Origin: Treponema sp.
Lineage (GTDB): Bacteria; Spirochaetota; Spirochaetia; Treponematales; Treponemataceae
Direction of reading: 5' to 3'
NCBI RefSeq assembly: GCF_045657965.1
Contig: NZ_JAZOUG010000042.1
Coordinates: 8,210 to 72,209, forward strand
Length of the DNA stretch: 64,000 nt
Each line of letters opens with the position of its first letter. The first letter of the stretch is position 1. The notes below the pieces were generated by a model. It saw only the letters and a program-made list of their open reading frames with translations. It was not told the DNA's origin and did not search any database. This document shows, piece after piece, positions 39,601 through 49,300 of this stretch. The position numbers and the translations under genes were made by a program.

Positions 39601-40114
39601 AAGATTTTGGAGTTGCACTTCCAACACTTGTAGGCTTAGTAAGAACAAGAACCGGAGCTGTGTTATCAATTACAACTGAACGGGAAGATTTTCCTGAAGA
39701 ATGACCAGCATCATCTTTTGCAGTTACTGAAATTTCATATGAGCCGTCGCAAAACTGCCAGCCGTTATAATCAGAATACTTTGAGGAATCATAATTATTG
39801 AGAGAAATTGACCAGCTTCCATCTGAATTTATAGCAGCTGTATCTGAATAAACAACAGTTTTGGTATCTGTCTTTTTTACTTCGACAGAAATAGTGTTCA
39901 GGCTTTTATCATCAGACCAGGTTCCAGCAACCACGAAATTCTGCTGAATAATTGCGTCTGTCGGCGGATAATCAATTGAGATTTTTGGTGCTTCTGTATC
40001 AACAGATGAACCAAGTCCTGAATCTTCACCACAGGAAACAATGGAAGCCAGCAATGTAAATGCCATGCCCATTGACAGAAAGCCCTTCACTAAATTTCTT
40101 ATAACTTTTTTCAT
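30698..40114 (-). CDS. Giant lipoprotein 2 (about 3,138 aa), paralog of giants 1 and 3
   Basis: AGGAG RBS, ATG 40114, lipobox IVSC-GEDSGLGSSVDTEAP; same stalk, LGTDLSGD, DVVPYI and propeller organisation. Confidence 0.85.
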   Translation of the reverse strand: MKKVIRNLVKGFLSMGMAFTLLASIVSCGEDSGLGSSVDTEAPKISIDYPPTDAIIQQNFVVAGTWSDDKSLNTISVEVKKTDTKTVVYSDTAAINSDGSWSISLNNYDSSKYSDYNGWQFCDGSYEISVTAKDDAGHSSGKSSRSVVIDNTAPVLVLTKPTSVGSATPKSYGQTVLLEGTFSESCSSGISGLTVSFYDAEGNKLFDSEFSGITDMSNANSLVIAQYYDENNEPDVSSENYEKWQNYKALIGEDNIALFRNGQSVTTKEFYFTVTANDEAKVYKDSSDSGEGNGNSTTTYYRGTTDMLQLINGKKSSFENFTVSTLRTYLNGTDSTYSGNTELQEILDESVSKSTVSTVLSSDGTYQSVSDDNPISESIENTSTTSSSGDSQDVYLNFTINPENNPTYTVSGLTITEGGASDSYSSNGYFLYYSDSTINVSIAPGLDNTNLDTSTISVYYTNVTDASSEKQLFWTWDEETAVKYAMAKDNCDKTTALANVTANPSAYRYTVTTSDENTDALSVTSSLSSSNAEISTGKEYKFSIEGYDIDSQAIVEGDSAGYGFMAKSNSTVPTITFGDTAGNVNLSSSSAITKSVITGGTFGFSGTVYSSEELTSSGYTVVLADTESSSSKTATGSLSLELDSSSSEYTYNWNFTFAANSEMQSLISSGSGLYTVDVTVSATNGGGTSSKLRSFYLDTTNPAISNVAISTGYTLSDIIYINNNAVFTLSGTTTDNYIVGSTTYTFTGVDSSGKAKTVTGTSSSISWSFTGVDLSEFGTQSSASDVVLTVKACDKAGNDVSETYEVEFDTTKPAWTESNTSHPFKLNKASYDSESWYKDSSLPVSGCFVEEGCGVSSVYYWVQNPDSSVPDTSDFTEADGSFSVTNDSENGISYFTNQVLGSFTASTISGSTVTPNYLYLVAVDNVGNAGSAQVIEINIDTESPSLSSDKSGTQYTNGESSISVTGSSSDNVSGIASVTLKIGTSSVEASVTEIIDSSSTNKTSTWSAEISSALLSALSDGSMNVNATVKDTAGNSSSSTIFQLQKDTSAPSVSVTTPSQLSTINGTVSISGQTTYTGATPDSLALYYSLTAPSSTPDVSSMTKIGAFTDSSKIYSWTFDDIDVYTLSGVTEASPTASFYIVSFVTDTAGNSSSSTFTYTVDQNKDRPIIKLTSVSDSSSWITSDEITGTVSDDDGIANFYISETSASSGFTEVSVENGSWSYTIKSSDGEGIPLYFKVIDTAGTTFVTGGVTDKEFTRPYYLYSKSTSSDSGYAEYGFDNTQAITLNLDREKPQISTLGLAIAESESNLAGVSAVKEDTASYAVSASRYAGGDSKYIKIYAPVYDSNISGVTVSITDTSSAETESTVSMTASSETLTVSGVTYSYYETASIDVSGFSSGTKALSVTVTDGAGNSTSSSGNFYLDNTGPDTITITSPSSSDEITGTATITGTASDSGIGIDTIEWLVPPVKNGTNYGESSVTDEALLALDGWTSSNNSGSASVWKFKFQASSTLDLTQFDDTENFAVTYSSASETYKIPIYFKTTDKLGNYYIKRDYYITHNPDADRPVTEFSYPTSSDYDVSSSGASLDYVTLAGTIRISGTVEVPSGTVDVGQVYVQIGTVASDGTVTWSSTNSALSAEFTTLGGVITESGLSSTYASTSKVPDGWWGIAATTKTATWNLSLNTNSDLDPESGSTTNIAVRACAINADGKMGNWSDIYFIHVDSNAPSQSAVMRQYSSFSENALESNVSVSRDYTSEMYLKGTWYLTVTLEDNDSLNEDTISVKKGSASQSYSAGEKTTVYASDGTTVKSVTKTLYIPIETEEMTSSSVSYTVYVADTAGYSSSMTYTFYIDNTAPVISTFTVNDTYSLLDSSSVPVIQNSNYKTTLDGTLTESGSGCERLFFYFMRDNVTDGSSPRLLDAMVKDSESVISGLDSYTITQDSTNTYTMYGKTYSGSLDTARTSFTASSGLIDDEHIRAGGLIYIGGEYQLITSVSGNTVTFDTAVSSAITVEEAGFPYGQVVDSTDAGNWNDSTHTYASISESDGDSMVEIFKKTGTTWEWQGIFLSDYMADGPVTVVVIAFDAAGNVSGKSVSTSIQNNAPRLAKLYLGTDLSGDEKYASSEFNTYTFNTYTSTDASNPTANYKDSVDFETAGTTYSNYKKAFQIRSGLAVIPEITGGNGTIKMAFLKDASGSTGYVKSANASGFYAVDTESLITADFASSLLTNTTTSEEDSLHKFVIPDDDLASLSDGSGKSMSFTFWDSTDGTTCGTDSNYCFVRITDFTVARTDGTAPKSVINPFHWTSKTDNSLYGNSSANGHIELEGDWASPETAGYSSSASSGQFDSDPKVSGKITMTGYAYDDQRLSSLWIAFDTFTPSGYYSAAGDSGVTANSVAASSGTYVNSGTNGDSKTYYQAAYYTPSTGSWTYGSSTMASNGWEFSVSDSSDDGSYLDQSGHKVIWKLSIDTEKISSVAATDVKARVIALDRSYNVVNVSGITSTLSETDGSDNVPLYQMDVVPYISSMTAATAVSGTTVTKRTNSIRSRRGAVPVQNSDYIVINGFNLSTSFYRQLEANKSAVSTLTDTITGTAITANESYYISAPTYSGYIIAKTNGIYSLNNMNADTAYSYESSSTNTYDTESDSSLDHYFDDRYVWVWRTDYLFADSAQAISPTMEVFPSSGTYYTTATSSSTTAAGTVYGSWSSDAAMFYTEKLGGSRGNPLGTTSWKDSPDDADMCIINGIPFHVILDNWQGSGSDWSSNGLFITRDGKSFSTGTASGATAALTAGTLEIQGNATSASPDSSDGADEMMFQFKNPKIAGTYSGNTYYTYACYFDNYAKCLKYGKITWSGTTPTAVVRTAVNHVTDGYAVVDGYDTTVTGYSDYAANVGKYSDIVLDTVNGGSAASPIPVIAYCVTNVSNGDVSLRIARGKSTAPSTTGAVVTSEGTTPTGVTRGWYYTDVTASNSSLIPSGVQLGNYVSMAIDATGNLHIATQDAEDGDLYYIYLTYSSAADSGYTVAACCKVDSANSVGKWTDIKLESSSGSGSVYGLKCAPVISYLDATNIENKKAVKTAFVSSSTSATSGIWEHMTSPATYAANDEKSSLVLSALDSGSVSCKLGIGYQSASFATAFLRGEQ
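35388..35440. repeat. 53-bp direct repeat with 1 mismatch shared by giants 2 and 3 (other copy 45277-45329)
   Basis: GTCGGATAACTGAATTCTGTTACAGG(G/C)CGGTCTGCATCCGGGTTGTGAGTAAT, compared base by base. Confidence 0.85.
35754..35794. repeat. 41-bp exact direct repeat shared by giants 2 and 3 (other copy 45649-45689), containing an 18-nt tandem unit
   Basis: CTTGCAGTTCCGGTAATTGTTGCAGTTCCGGTAATTTCATC; encodes DEITGTATITGTAS. Confidence 0.9.
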
Positions 40115-40201
40115 AGACAACTCCTGTAACTTTAGCAGGGTAAAACTTTTTTTCTTATCTTAAGTTATATTCGGTTGAAAACAAGGGCGGAATTTTAATA
40201 C

Positions 40202-40215
40202 TAAGAATAGTCTTA
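40202..40215. promoter_or_regulatory. Palindromic motif TAAGA-N4-TCTTA upstream of giant 2
   Basis: TAAGAATAGTCTTA; 13 of 14 identical to 50001-50014 upstream of giant 3. Confidence 0.45.
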
Positions 40216-40266
40216 ATATACTCTTACTTTTTAAATAGTGATTTTTGGAGAATTTGGATTTTTTTG

Positions 40267-40301
40267 AAAAAAAGCCCTGGAGAGAATAAACTCAACAGGG
40301 C
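40267..40301 (-). terminator. Terminator of giant lipoprotein 3
   Basis: GCCCTG..GAG/CTC..CAGGGC stem with an A7 run (U7 on the minus strand). Confidence 0.75.
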
Positions 40302-40322
40302 CGAAAATTATAAGAAAGGCGG

Positions 40323-43300
40323 TTACTGCATCTGGGCGGTTTCGATATAGCCGGTGGAAGCGTTCTCGATTCCATAACCCAAGATTGGGTTTGCAGTGCC
40401 GTTACCAAGAATTACACCGCTGTCCGTAACTCCCGTACTTGCTGTCAAACTGCTGCTTGAAGCCGTTATTTTTGACGGAACTGCAGTATATGTTGCATCT
40501 GTACTTGTTGTTTTCCAAACACCGACATTTACATAGTCATCATTTACAGAACTTGATGTCGGAACCAGACTGATTTCCCACACCTGTGTAAATGCATCAT
40601 CGGAAGCACCTGCCTTGCTTGAAGTACTTGCAATAGAAGCAGAACCTGCCCAATAAGCTACTTTTGGTCGTACAGAACTTCCTGCATAGTAACCAATATA
40701 TGGAACTGAATTATTGTTTGAATCAAGTGCAACATCCAATGAAAGCTGAGTTCCAATAATACCGTTTGAATCTACAACACAAGTTGAAGTTGAACCATTG
40801 TAACTCGTTTTATATGCATAACAGACATCGCCATTGATAGCGTCATAAGCAACCATGTGGATTCCTCCATTTGCATCGACAGCAACTTTACAATACTTAC
40901 CTACGCCAGTATCACTGAAAATTTGCTCTGGTTCAGACCATTGTGAACGCTGATAATCTCCAGCTGCAATAGAGTTAGGTGTCAGGGTGTATGAATACCA
41001 CATAACCTGATTTGTCGAATCATACCAGACAACAGCAACAAGATCATCTCCGTCTGTACCGGCGCCTTCAAGAGCTGCAAGATGTACATATTCACCAGCA
41101 TAGTAGCCTGTACTTGTAGAAGCATATTCAGCTGAATAGCTTGTAGAACCAATAGCACTTGTTGTCTTATTCGTTACAGAATCTTCTGTAACTTCTGAAG
41201 GACTAGAACCGTATTTGAGACCATCCACATAGCTTGATCCACTCTTAATTGCAATAGCCCGGTTAGATTCCCCAGATTGTCCTGCAATCAAAGAGGTATA
41301 TTTCAGTGTATATGGCTGTGGAATTTTATTAACAAATTCTGAGGTTCCCCCCCAGCGGCCATATACATCAGAGAAGAATCCTGAATTATCAGTTCTAGAT
41401 GTTGCACCGAAATTTCCTCTCGTAAAACGAATTTCTCCATTTATTGCATCGTAATATGCAAGATACACATTTGTGGTGTTGTCAGAGGTTTTAATTGTCG
41501 TTGCAATTGACGGAGATTTAATTCGTTCCTTATTAATATTTGCATACGATGAGTAAGAAGAATCTGTAATTGTCCAGTCTTTCTGTCCAATATTTTCCAA
41601 ACGGAATTGATTTGTACCGTCATTGTAGCCACCAACAGTTGCAAGAGCTGTTCCCCAGCGGCTTGTCATAATACGGAACTGGTCAAATGTTGTTGCATCC
41701 GTGCCACTTGAAGGGGTTCCGCCTACATCACCACCAGCTGTTGTTCCATAAGAATATCCTAAACGGTCATATGCAAATCCTACAGAAGTAAAGAAGTCGA
41801 TTCCTCCAATCCAATACTGATATGAATTACTCGTATTACCCATACTAAAATAAAGAGGACCGTTTACGAATGCAAAACCTACCTGCCCGTTTGCCTGATT
41901 AATGCTCATGACCGGCTGACTTATTGTACCACCATTATATGTAGCCGCAGCCTTGCTGTTTATCGCCCACACATCCAGCACAACATCATCTGTAAGCAGG
42001 TTGTTTGAGTCGCCGTTTGGCTGGCGGTTGTAGTAGTTTGCGTATGCTTCGCTTGAACCGGTTGTGCCGATTGTTCCACTGTAAGTGTAGGCACCTGTTG
42101 CATCGTCACTGTTCAGGTTATTAAGAGACTGAACGCTGTTTACTGTTACATACACACCGCCGCTTGTAAAGCTTGAAACGTCTGCCGTATAGACAGCTGT
42201 GTTCGTGCTGGTTGCAAAGAAGTTTGCTGTAGTTCCGCTGCTTGAAGTTGAGTACCAGCTCTGGCTGCTTGCAACATCTTCTGTAAGTGTACTTGAAGCA
42301 GGAGTGCTTGCACTGTCATACAAAGTTCCGCCTGTTAAGTTAAAGCCGTAAAGGTACACTGTATCTGCGCTGCCTGTCGGATAGTGGCCGAGTGCTGTGC
42401 GGTCGTAAACTGAGCTGTTTGCCTTTTTGAGGCTTGAAAGACTTGTCTTTACGCCTGCAATGTACGGAACTATGTCCATTTTGTAGTACGGTGTTGTTGC
42501 TGCGCTTGTCGTCTGGATTGTTGAGCTTGCAGAAGTAAGGTCAGAAGCTGCCTGTGTTTTTGAAGCCCAGTCTGTCGCACTTGATTCAACTGCAACTGCC
42601 TTTGCCGCTACATTTGCGTGCTTTTCAGTGTCGAGGTAGAGTGTCCATGTAACTGTGTGACCGCTCTGACTTACACTGTCAGAATTGATTTCAAACTGCC
42701 AGCCGTCTGTTGCAATTGCACCGCCTGCAGTTGAGCTTTCAGAACCAGAAGTTAAAGCCCATGAAGTTCCATCGTAGGTTGCAAAAGTCAGGGCATTTCC
42801 TGCCGTTCCGCCGTTAAAGCTGAATCCTGCTGCTTTAAGTGCAATGGTATGAAGCATTTTATTATCATAAGCACTTCCGGTAATCTTAACTTTTCCGGAA
42901 ACTTTCGGGCTGTCAGAATCATAAAGCGCTTTTATTCCACTTGAAAGATCGTTTTCAAGTTCAATATGACCGTTTGATGTTGAATTGTTATACAGGCTGT
43001 TATCTTCCGCACTTGTCCAGTAGAACGGATTAATTGCCGTAACAGGAACAGTTGTATCAGCAAGATTTATAATCAGATCACTTACATAAGCTGTACAATA
43101 CTGACTGTTATTTCCTGCCGTGCGTTCTTCAGTTTCATCCCAGAAAGTAAATGAAACGCCTTCGCCTGCAGTTTTATCTGATGAATCAGAAGCTGTATCA
43201 GCCCAAACCTGCGAACTTGAAAGAGTATATGCATAAAGACTGTCGCCGCCAATTACAGAAAGACCTGTTACAGAATACGGACTTGTCGAAATGTTTGCAG

Positions 43301-46300
43301 TTTCAGCAGTAGAAGCCGTTGTAACACTTGCCGCAGCACTTATCAGTGTGCTGTCGTCTGTTGTGCCTGTTACTGCTGTAGTATCGCTTGCACCACGTTT
43401 GTAGACCATGTAAACGCTGCCATTACCGCCTGTTATTTCCGGAACAACAGCAAGCTTATCTTTTGCTGTAAACTGGCCGGCTTCATAATCTGCTGTTGCA
43501 ATACTTGCAGCTGATTTATATCCAGTCGTTGAAACACCGGCAGTTTCATTTGCCGTGTAGACATCATACTGACTGAATTCTTCTGATGCAAATGAATTAT
43601 CTGAATTTAAGTCAGTTCCAAGATAAAGTTTTGCAAGCCGCGGTGCATTATTTTCAATGCTGACCGGATATGTTGCCCCGCTTACATTTCCTGCAGCATC
43701 ATAAGCAAGAACTACAAGGTAAGCAGGTCCGTCAGGAATATTTGTAGAGTGAATTGTAGCTTTCCATGTCCATGTTGTGCTTACATTTGAAATACTTTCC
43801 GGCATCAAATCTCCGTCATCTCCGCTTGAGAATGTAAACGGATTTGCCGTTGTGCTTGAAACATCTTCTGTACTTGTATTATCAACACTCTGGGCATAAG
43901 GGAAATAAACTGTTGTAGCTCCCGAAGGATCAGCGTCCATAGTGAAGGTAACTGTGCTGCCTGTAACATCAGTAATTTTTCCATATTCGCCGCTGATGTA
44001 GATTAAACCGCCTGCATGAACATGTCCGTTACCGCTGACAGCACCAGAATTATCAGTAAAACTGTAATAAGTTGTACCATCAGTTACAGAACTTGTAATT
44101 GAACCTGATGTCACTGCCTTTAATGCATAAATTGTGTAGTCATTTTCAACTGTAATTGCTTCAAGTCCACTTATGAGAGCCTTTGAATCATCTGTAGAAC
44201 TCCAGTCCGTTACAAGCGGATCCAGAATATAGTTTTTTCCAAATGAATTTGTACTGCCGTAAATTTTACCGTTACGCATGAAGTAGAAAAGTACACGCTC
44301 ATAGCCGGAACCTGTATCTTTTACTGTGCCGCTGATTGTGTAAACATAGTTGCTTTCTGATACAGCATTTTCTGCATTTACAGAAAGTTCATCGCCGTTT
44401 CCGCTTATTGCGCTTAAAGACGGTGCTGTGTTATCAATATAGAATGTGTAGGTTCCAGTTGAAGAATGGCCGCCAACGTCTTCTGCATAAACTGTATAGC
44501 TTACAGAAGATGTTGTCATGCTGGCAGTTTCAATAGGAATATAGAGTGTATTTGTAACTCCTGAACTGTTAGACAAATCTATTTCAGAAGAAGCATAGAA
44601 TGTTGCAGATGCAGAACCACGCTTTACTTTAATTGTATTGTAAACAAGAGAGTCGTTATCACTCAAAGTAACAACAAGATACCAGGTGCCTTTCAAATAC
44701 ATTTCTGAAGCATAATCTTTACTTACAGTCATGTAATCATCAGTATTCTGAAGATTAACAAGATTTTCTGTGGCAGAAGAGAAATCATACTGCCTCATTA
44801 AAGCAGTCTGGCTCGGAGCACTTGAATCTACGTGAATGTAATATGTATCTGACCAGTTACCCATTTTACCGTCTGCATTGATTGCACATGCCCGCACGGC
44901 AATATCAGTAGTAGCATCGCTTGAAGACGGATTAAGATTACTGTCTGAATTAAGGGAAATATTCCATGTGGCTGTTTTTGTTGTTGCAGCAATTCCCCAC
45001 CAGTCATCATCAACATAAGTCGTTGTTCCATAAGCTGCAGTCAAATCAGATTTTGAAAGAGTTCCGCCCAATGTCGTAAATTCATCAGCAAATTCTGAAG
45101 AAGACCAGGTTACAGTTCCGTCGGAAGCAGGTTTTCCAATCTGAATATAAACTTTGCCGACATCAACCGTGCCTGAAGGAACTTCTACAGTACCACTAAC
45201 ACGTATTGTACCTGAAAGGGTAATGTATGAATAATCATAATTTTCTGTATCACAGTCAGAATCGTAATCGCTTTCTGTCGGATAACTGAATTCTGTTACA
45301 GGCCGGTCTGCATCCGGGTTGTGAGTAATGTAATAATCACGATAAATATACTCATTTCCAAGTTCATCTGTTGTCCTGAAGAAGATTGGAATTTTATACG
45401 TCTGCGCTGTACTGTTATATGTAACATCATAAGCATTTTCATCGTCATAAGCTGTCAAATCTGTTATTGAACCGCTCGTGAATTTAAATTTAAAGACAGA
45501 AGCACTTCCATTGTTGTTGGAACTTGTCCAGCCGTCAAGTTCACTGAGCTGTGAGTCTGATTTGTAATTGATAGAAGAAGAATCTGTTTCGCCGAAGCCT
45601 GCCGGCGGAATAAGCCATTCAATGTTTGAAATTCCGATTCCTGAATCACTTGCAGTTCCGGTAATTGTTGCAGTTCCGGTAATTTCATCAGTTGAAGAAG
45701 GACTTGTTACTGTAATTGTATCCGGACCTGTATTATCTACAGAGAAGTTAAATGTCTTTGTACTTGTATTTCCTGCAGAATCAGTTACGGTCAGTGTTGC
45801 AATTTTTGTTCCTGTAGCAACACCGGTTGAAATAAGCGGATAAGACTTATAATAATAAGCCCCGGAAACTGAAGAACTTTCTACAGTTGTTAAAATAAAT
45901 TCAGCACCATTTGAAGAACTGAAAACAGCCGGTGTTACTGCCCCATTATCGTCATCATAATAACCATAACCGTTTTCTTCTGTGCTGCTGTCATCTGAAT
46001 CGGCAAAACTGATTTTTACAGAAGCTATTCCATTTTCATCATAAACAGGAACATAAAGCCTGAAATATTTTGAATCTCCGCCGGTATATTGTTTTGCACT
46101 GATTGCATAATCTGCTGAAGCACTGTTTACAGCAGCTGGAGTTGCAAGGCTTCCTGTACTTTCTGCAATAGAAATACCCATCTGCCCGACATTCGGAGAA
46201 GCTGTATCTTTTCTGATTGAAAGCGAAGAACTGCAGTCATTGTTTGTTGAAGAATCAAATGTATAATACGGGCGGACAAACTGACTTGCTGCCGCTCCGG

Positions 46301-49300
46301 TTGTAAAGGTTGTTCCTTCAGTATCTGTGACTTTGAAATAAAGACTAACAGTTCCGTCACCGACTTCACTTAAATCAAATGCCCAGCTTCCACTGGCTGC
46401 TACAGTAACATCAGTATAGTTTGTACCGTCGGTTGAAATTGCAAATGAACTGATTCCATCATCATCACTTACTGAACCACGCAAAGTTGAAGCAGTAAGA
46501 TAATCATCTGCACTTTCAATACTTGTAATCTGAATAACCGGACGGTCTGTATTTCTGTCAACAATTACATTTTCAACTGCATACCCGGAATTTCCTGCAG
46601 CATCAACTGCAACCGCCTTAATGTAAAGATTTACAGTTTCCGTAGAAGAATCAGCTTTTAAAGAAAGCGAATTGTTCACAGCTGTTACAATTGCCGTTGA
46701 AGAAGAGAATGTCTGTTCAAAAGACCAGGTAACACTTGAATCAGAAGTTGTCGTGCTGTCACTTTCGCTGGAAAGCTGATACCAGGTGTCTGCTGCATCT
46801 GCTTCAGGCTGGCTGTCTGCAATTGCATAGTAAAGTTTTATTGAAGATAAAGTTCCATCAGCAGTTCCTGAAGATTTTGTAGTTTCACTCAGAAAATCTC
46901 TTGCAGTTCCAGTAATTGTAACTTCACCGTTAATTTTATTGTCCGAATCTGCACCGGTTGACTTGAAAACAACAACAGGGGAAGTTGTATCAGTATTCAA
47001 GGTGAATGCTGTAATTTTTGCAGAATTTCCGGCTATGTCACTTACTTTAAGAATTATGTTTCCTGTTCCAAGGGATTCAGCCTTTACATAAAGCGACCAG
47101 TCATAAGTTCCGTCTGAATTTGCTGTATCAGAAATACTTACGCCTTCTGTTGAAAAATCACCTGCTGTATAACTGGTAAGCTTTTCTGTTCCCTGTAAAA
47201 TAGTTATTGTATCAACCCCGGAACTTATATCACTGCAGGTTCCTGTGAGTTTCATATAATTTTCGCCGTTTGTAAGAACAGTTCCAGAAGCACTTTGACC
47301 GGTTGTATCATCTGAACCAAAATAAACTGTAGAAGCAGTAACTTCCGGATCATCTTCGTCAAACTGAACAGTACAGGTTGAAGGAACAGAAGCATTTCCT
47401 GCCTTATCAACAGCAACGAGATAAAGTGTATTTGAGCCGGCTTCAAAACCGCTTACAGTTGTACTGAATTTGGATTTATAATTTTTTGAAGAATCTTTGG
47501 CTGCCACAAATGAACCGTTTGCCGTAGAATAATCTGAAGTAGAAGGAGCAGTACCTGAAGCAGTCTGAATCCAGTAGTAAATTTCATCAATTCCACTGCC
47601 GTTAGAGCTTTCACCGTCATAATATTCTTCATAATAACCGAGAAGTTTTTGTGCTGAATTACTGAACCATTCCGAATCCTGTTCAACTAAATCAACTGTA
47701 TTGAAATCTTCATCTGTGGCTGAACCGCCGATAAACATTTTGCCGCCGACTTTAAGCGCATACAATGACGGTGCTTTTGAATCAAGATAAAAAGTAAATG
47801 TTTCTGAATCACTTAAACTCTGTGAATTTTGAGCTGTGACCGTAACCACATAAGTGTACATTCCGCTTGCTGCCGGATACAGAGAACCTTCCGGATTTTC
47901 AGAATTAATATTTACGTTCCATAAAACTTTTGATGTACTTGCGGTCTGTGCATCTGAAGCAGAGGTATAAACAGTAGAATCTGAAGAATTGTCACTGCTG
48001 TAAGTAATTGTAAATGACGGAGAAAGACTTGTAATTTCTGTGCCGCTTGTATCACCGCCTTCATAAATTTTAACAGTTGCAGAAATGGCATTTGAAGCCC
48101 ATAAGCCGTCTTCATCAACCATTGTTCCGCTTATCGTATATCCGTTTCCATTATTGTAAAATGTGGACTCATTTAAATAATCTCCTGAATCACTTGTGAT
48201 TCTGATTGTCGGAGCGGTACCGGAAGTTGCTGCTAAAAATCCGTAGTTTATAAGGTCATACGCTACATATTCATTTCCATCGCGGTCTTCACCTTCAAGC
48301 GCAAACATGTAAGGAATACCTGCCGTAGTACCGGAAATTGAAAAATCTTTTGTAGCCGACTCATTCGTAGAAGAATCAGTCCAGTCTCCTTTGTTGAAAA
48401 TATATGTCCATTCAGAAGGTTCCTGCCAGTAATAAGTTGTTTCAGTTCCGGCACATGAATAATAACCGTCTGTCGTTTCCGGTCTGGTTGTCGTTAATTC
48501 AACTGCTCCATATTTTAAAGCAACTGCCTGTGGTGCAACATATGAGCCGTCTGCATTTGGTGTAATTGTAAGCCCTAAATTTTGTCCGCTTGTATAAGAA
48601 CGGAATCCATTGGCTTTGGCATAAGTATTATTATCTGTACCAAGTGAATATGAAGCGATTTTCCAGGTCGGATAATTATCCGGATCAAGACAAAATATAT
48701 TTGCAGAAGTTGTAATTACACTTTCAATGTCTGTAACAGTAATTTTATTGCCACTGGCATCGTAAGAATATCTGCCGTCAGAATCATACTGATAAATATC
48801 ACAGTCAATATAATTTCCCTGAGAAGCCAGTGCCTGTAAAATAGCCGTGCACTCATCAGAACCGGTTGTATATGTGGCCGAAGTTCCGTTTAAAACTTCA
48901 CGGATATCTTTAATTTTGATGTCATCACTGATTGCATTAAGGGAAGCAGAAAGAGAATCTGTATTAAGATAATACCGCTTTGTAGAATTTCCTGCATTCA
49001 CAACTTTTGAAAGATTTTTATCCTGATAAACGCAGGCTTCATCAGTAAGAACAAATCCTGCATAGAAATATTTTGTGACATTCGGATCTGTATCAGGATC
49101 TGTTTCCGTATCAACAGTTCCATAAATCTGCTCATAGCGGTTCTGGCTTTCCTGCTGCGAATCGGAAAGTCCTGCAGTTCCGTAATATTTTGCGACTACA
49201 AGCGGAGAATCTGAAGACATTGAAGTAACTGACAGATTTTCAAATTGAATTAACGAAGAAAGTTCATCTTCAGAATGAGAAGCGGCCGATGCATCATAAG

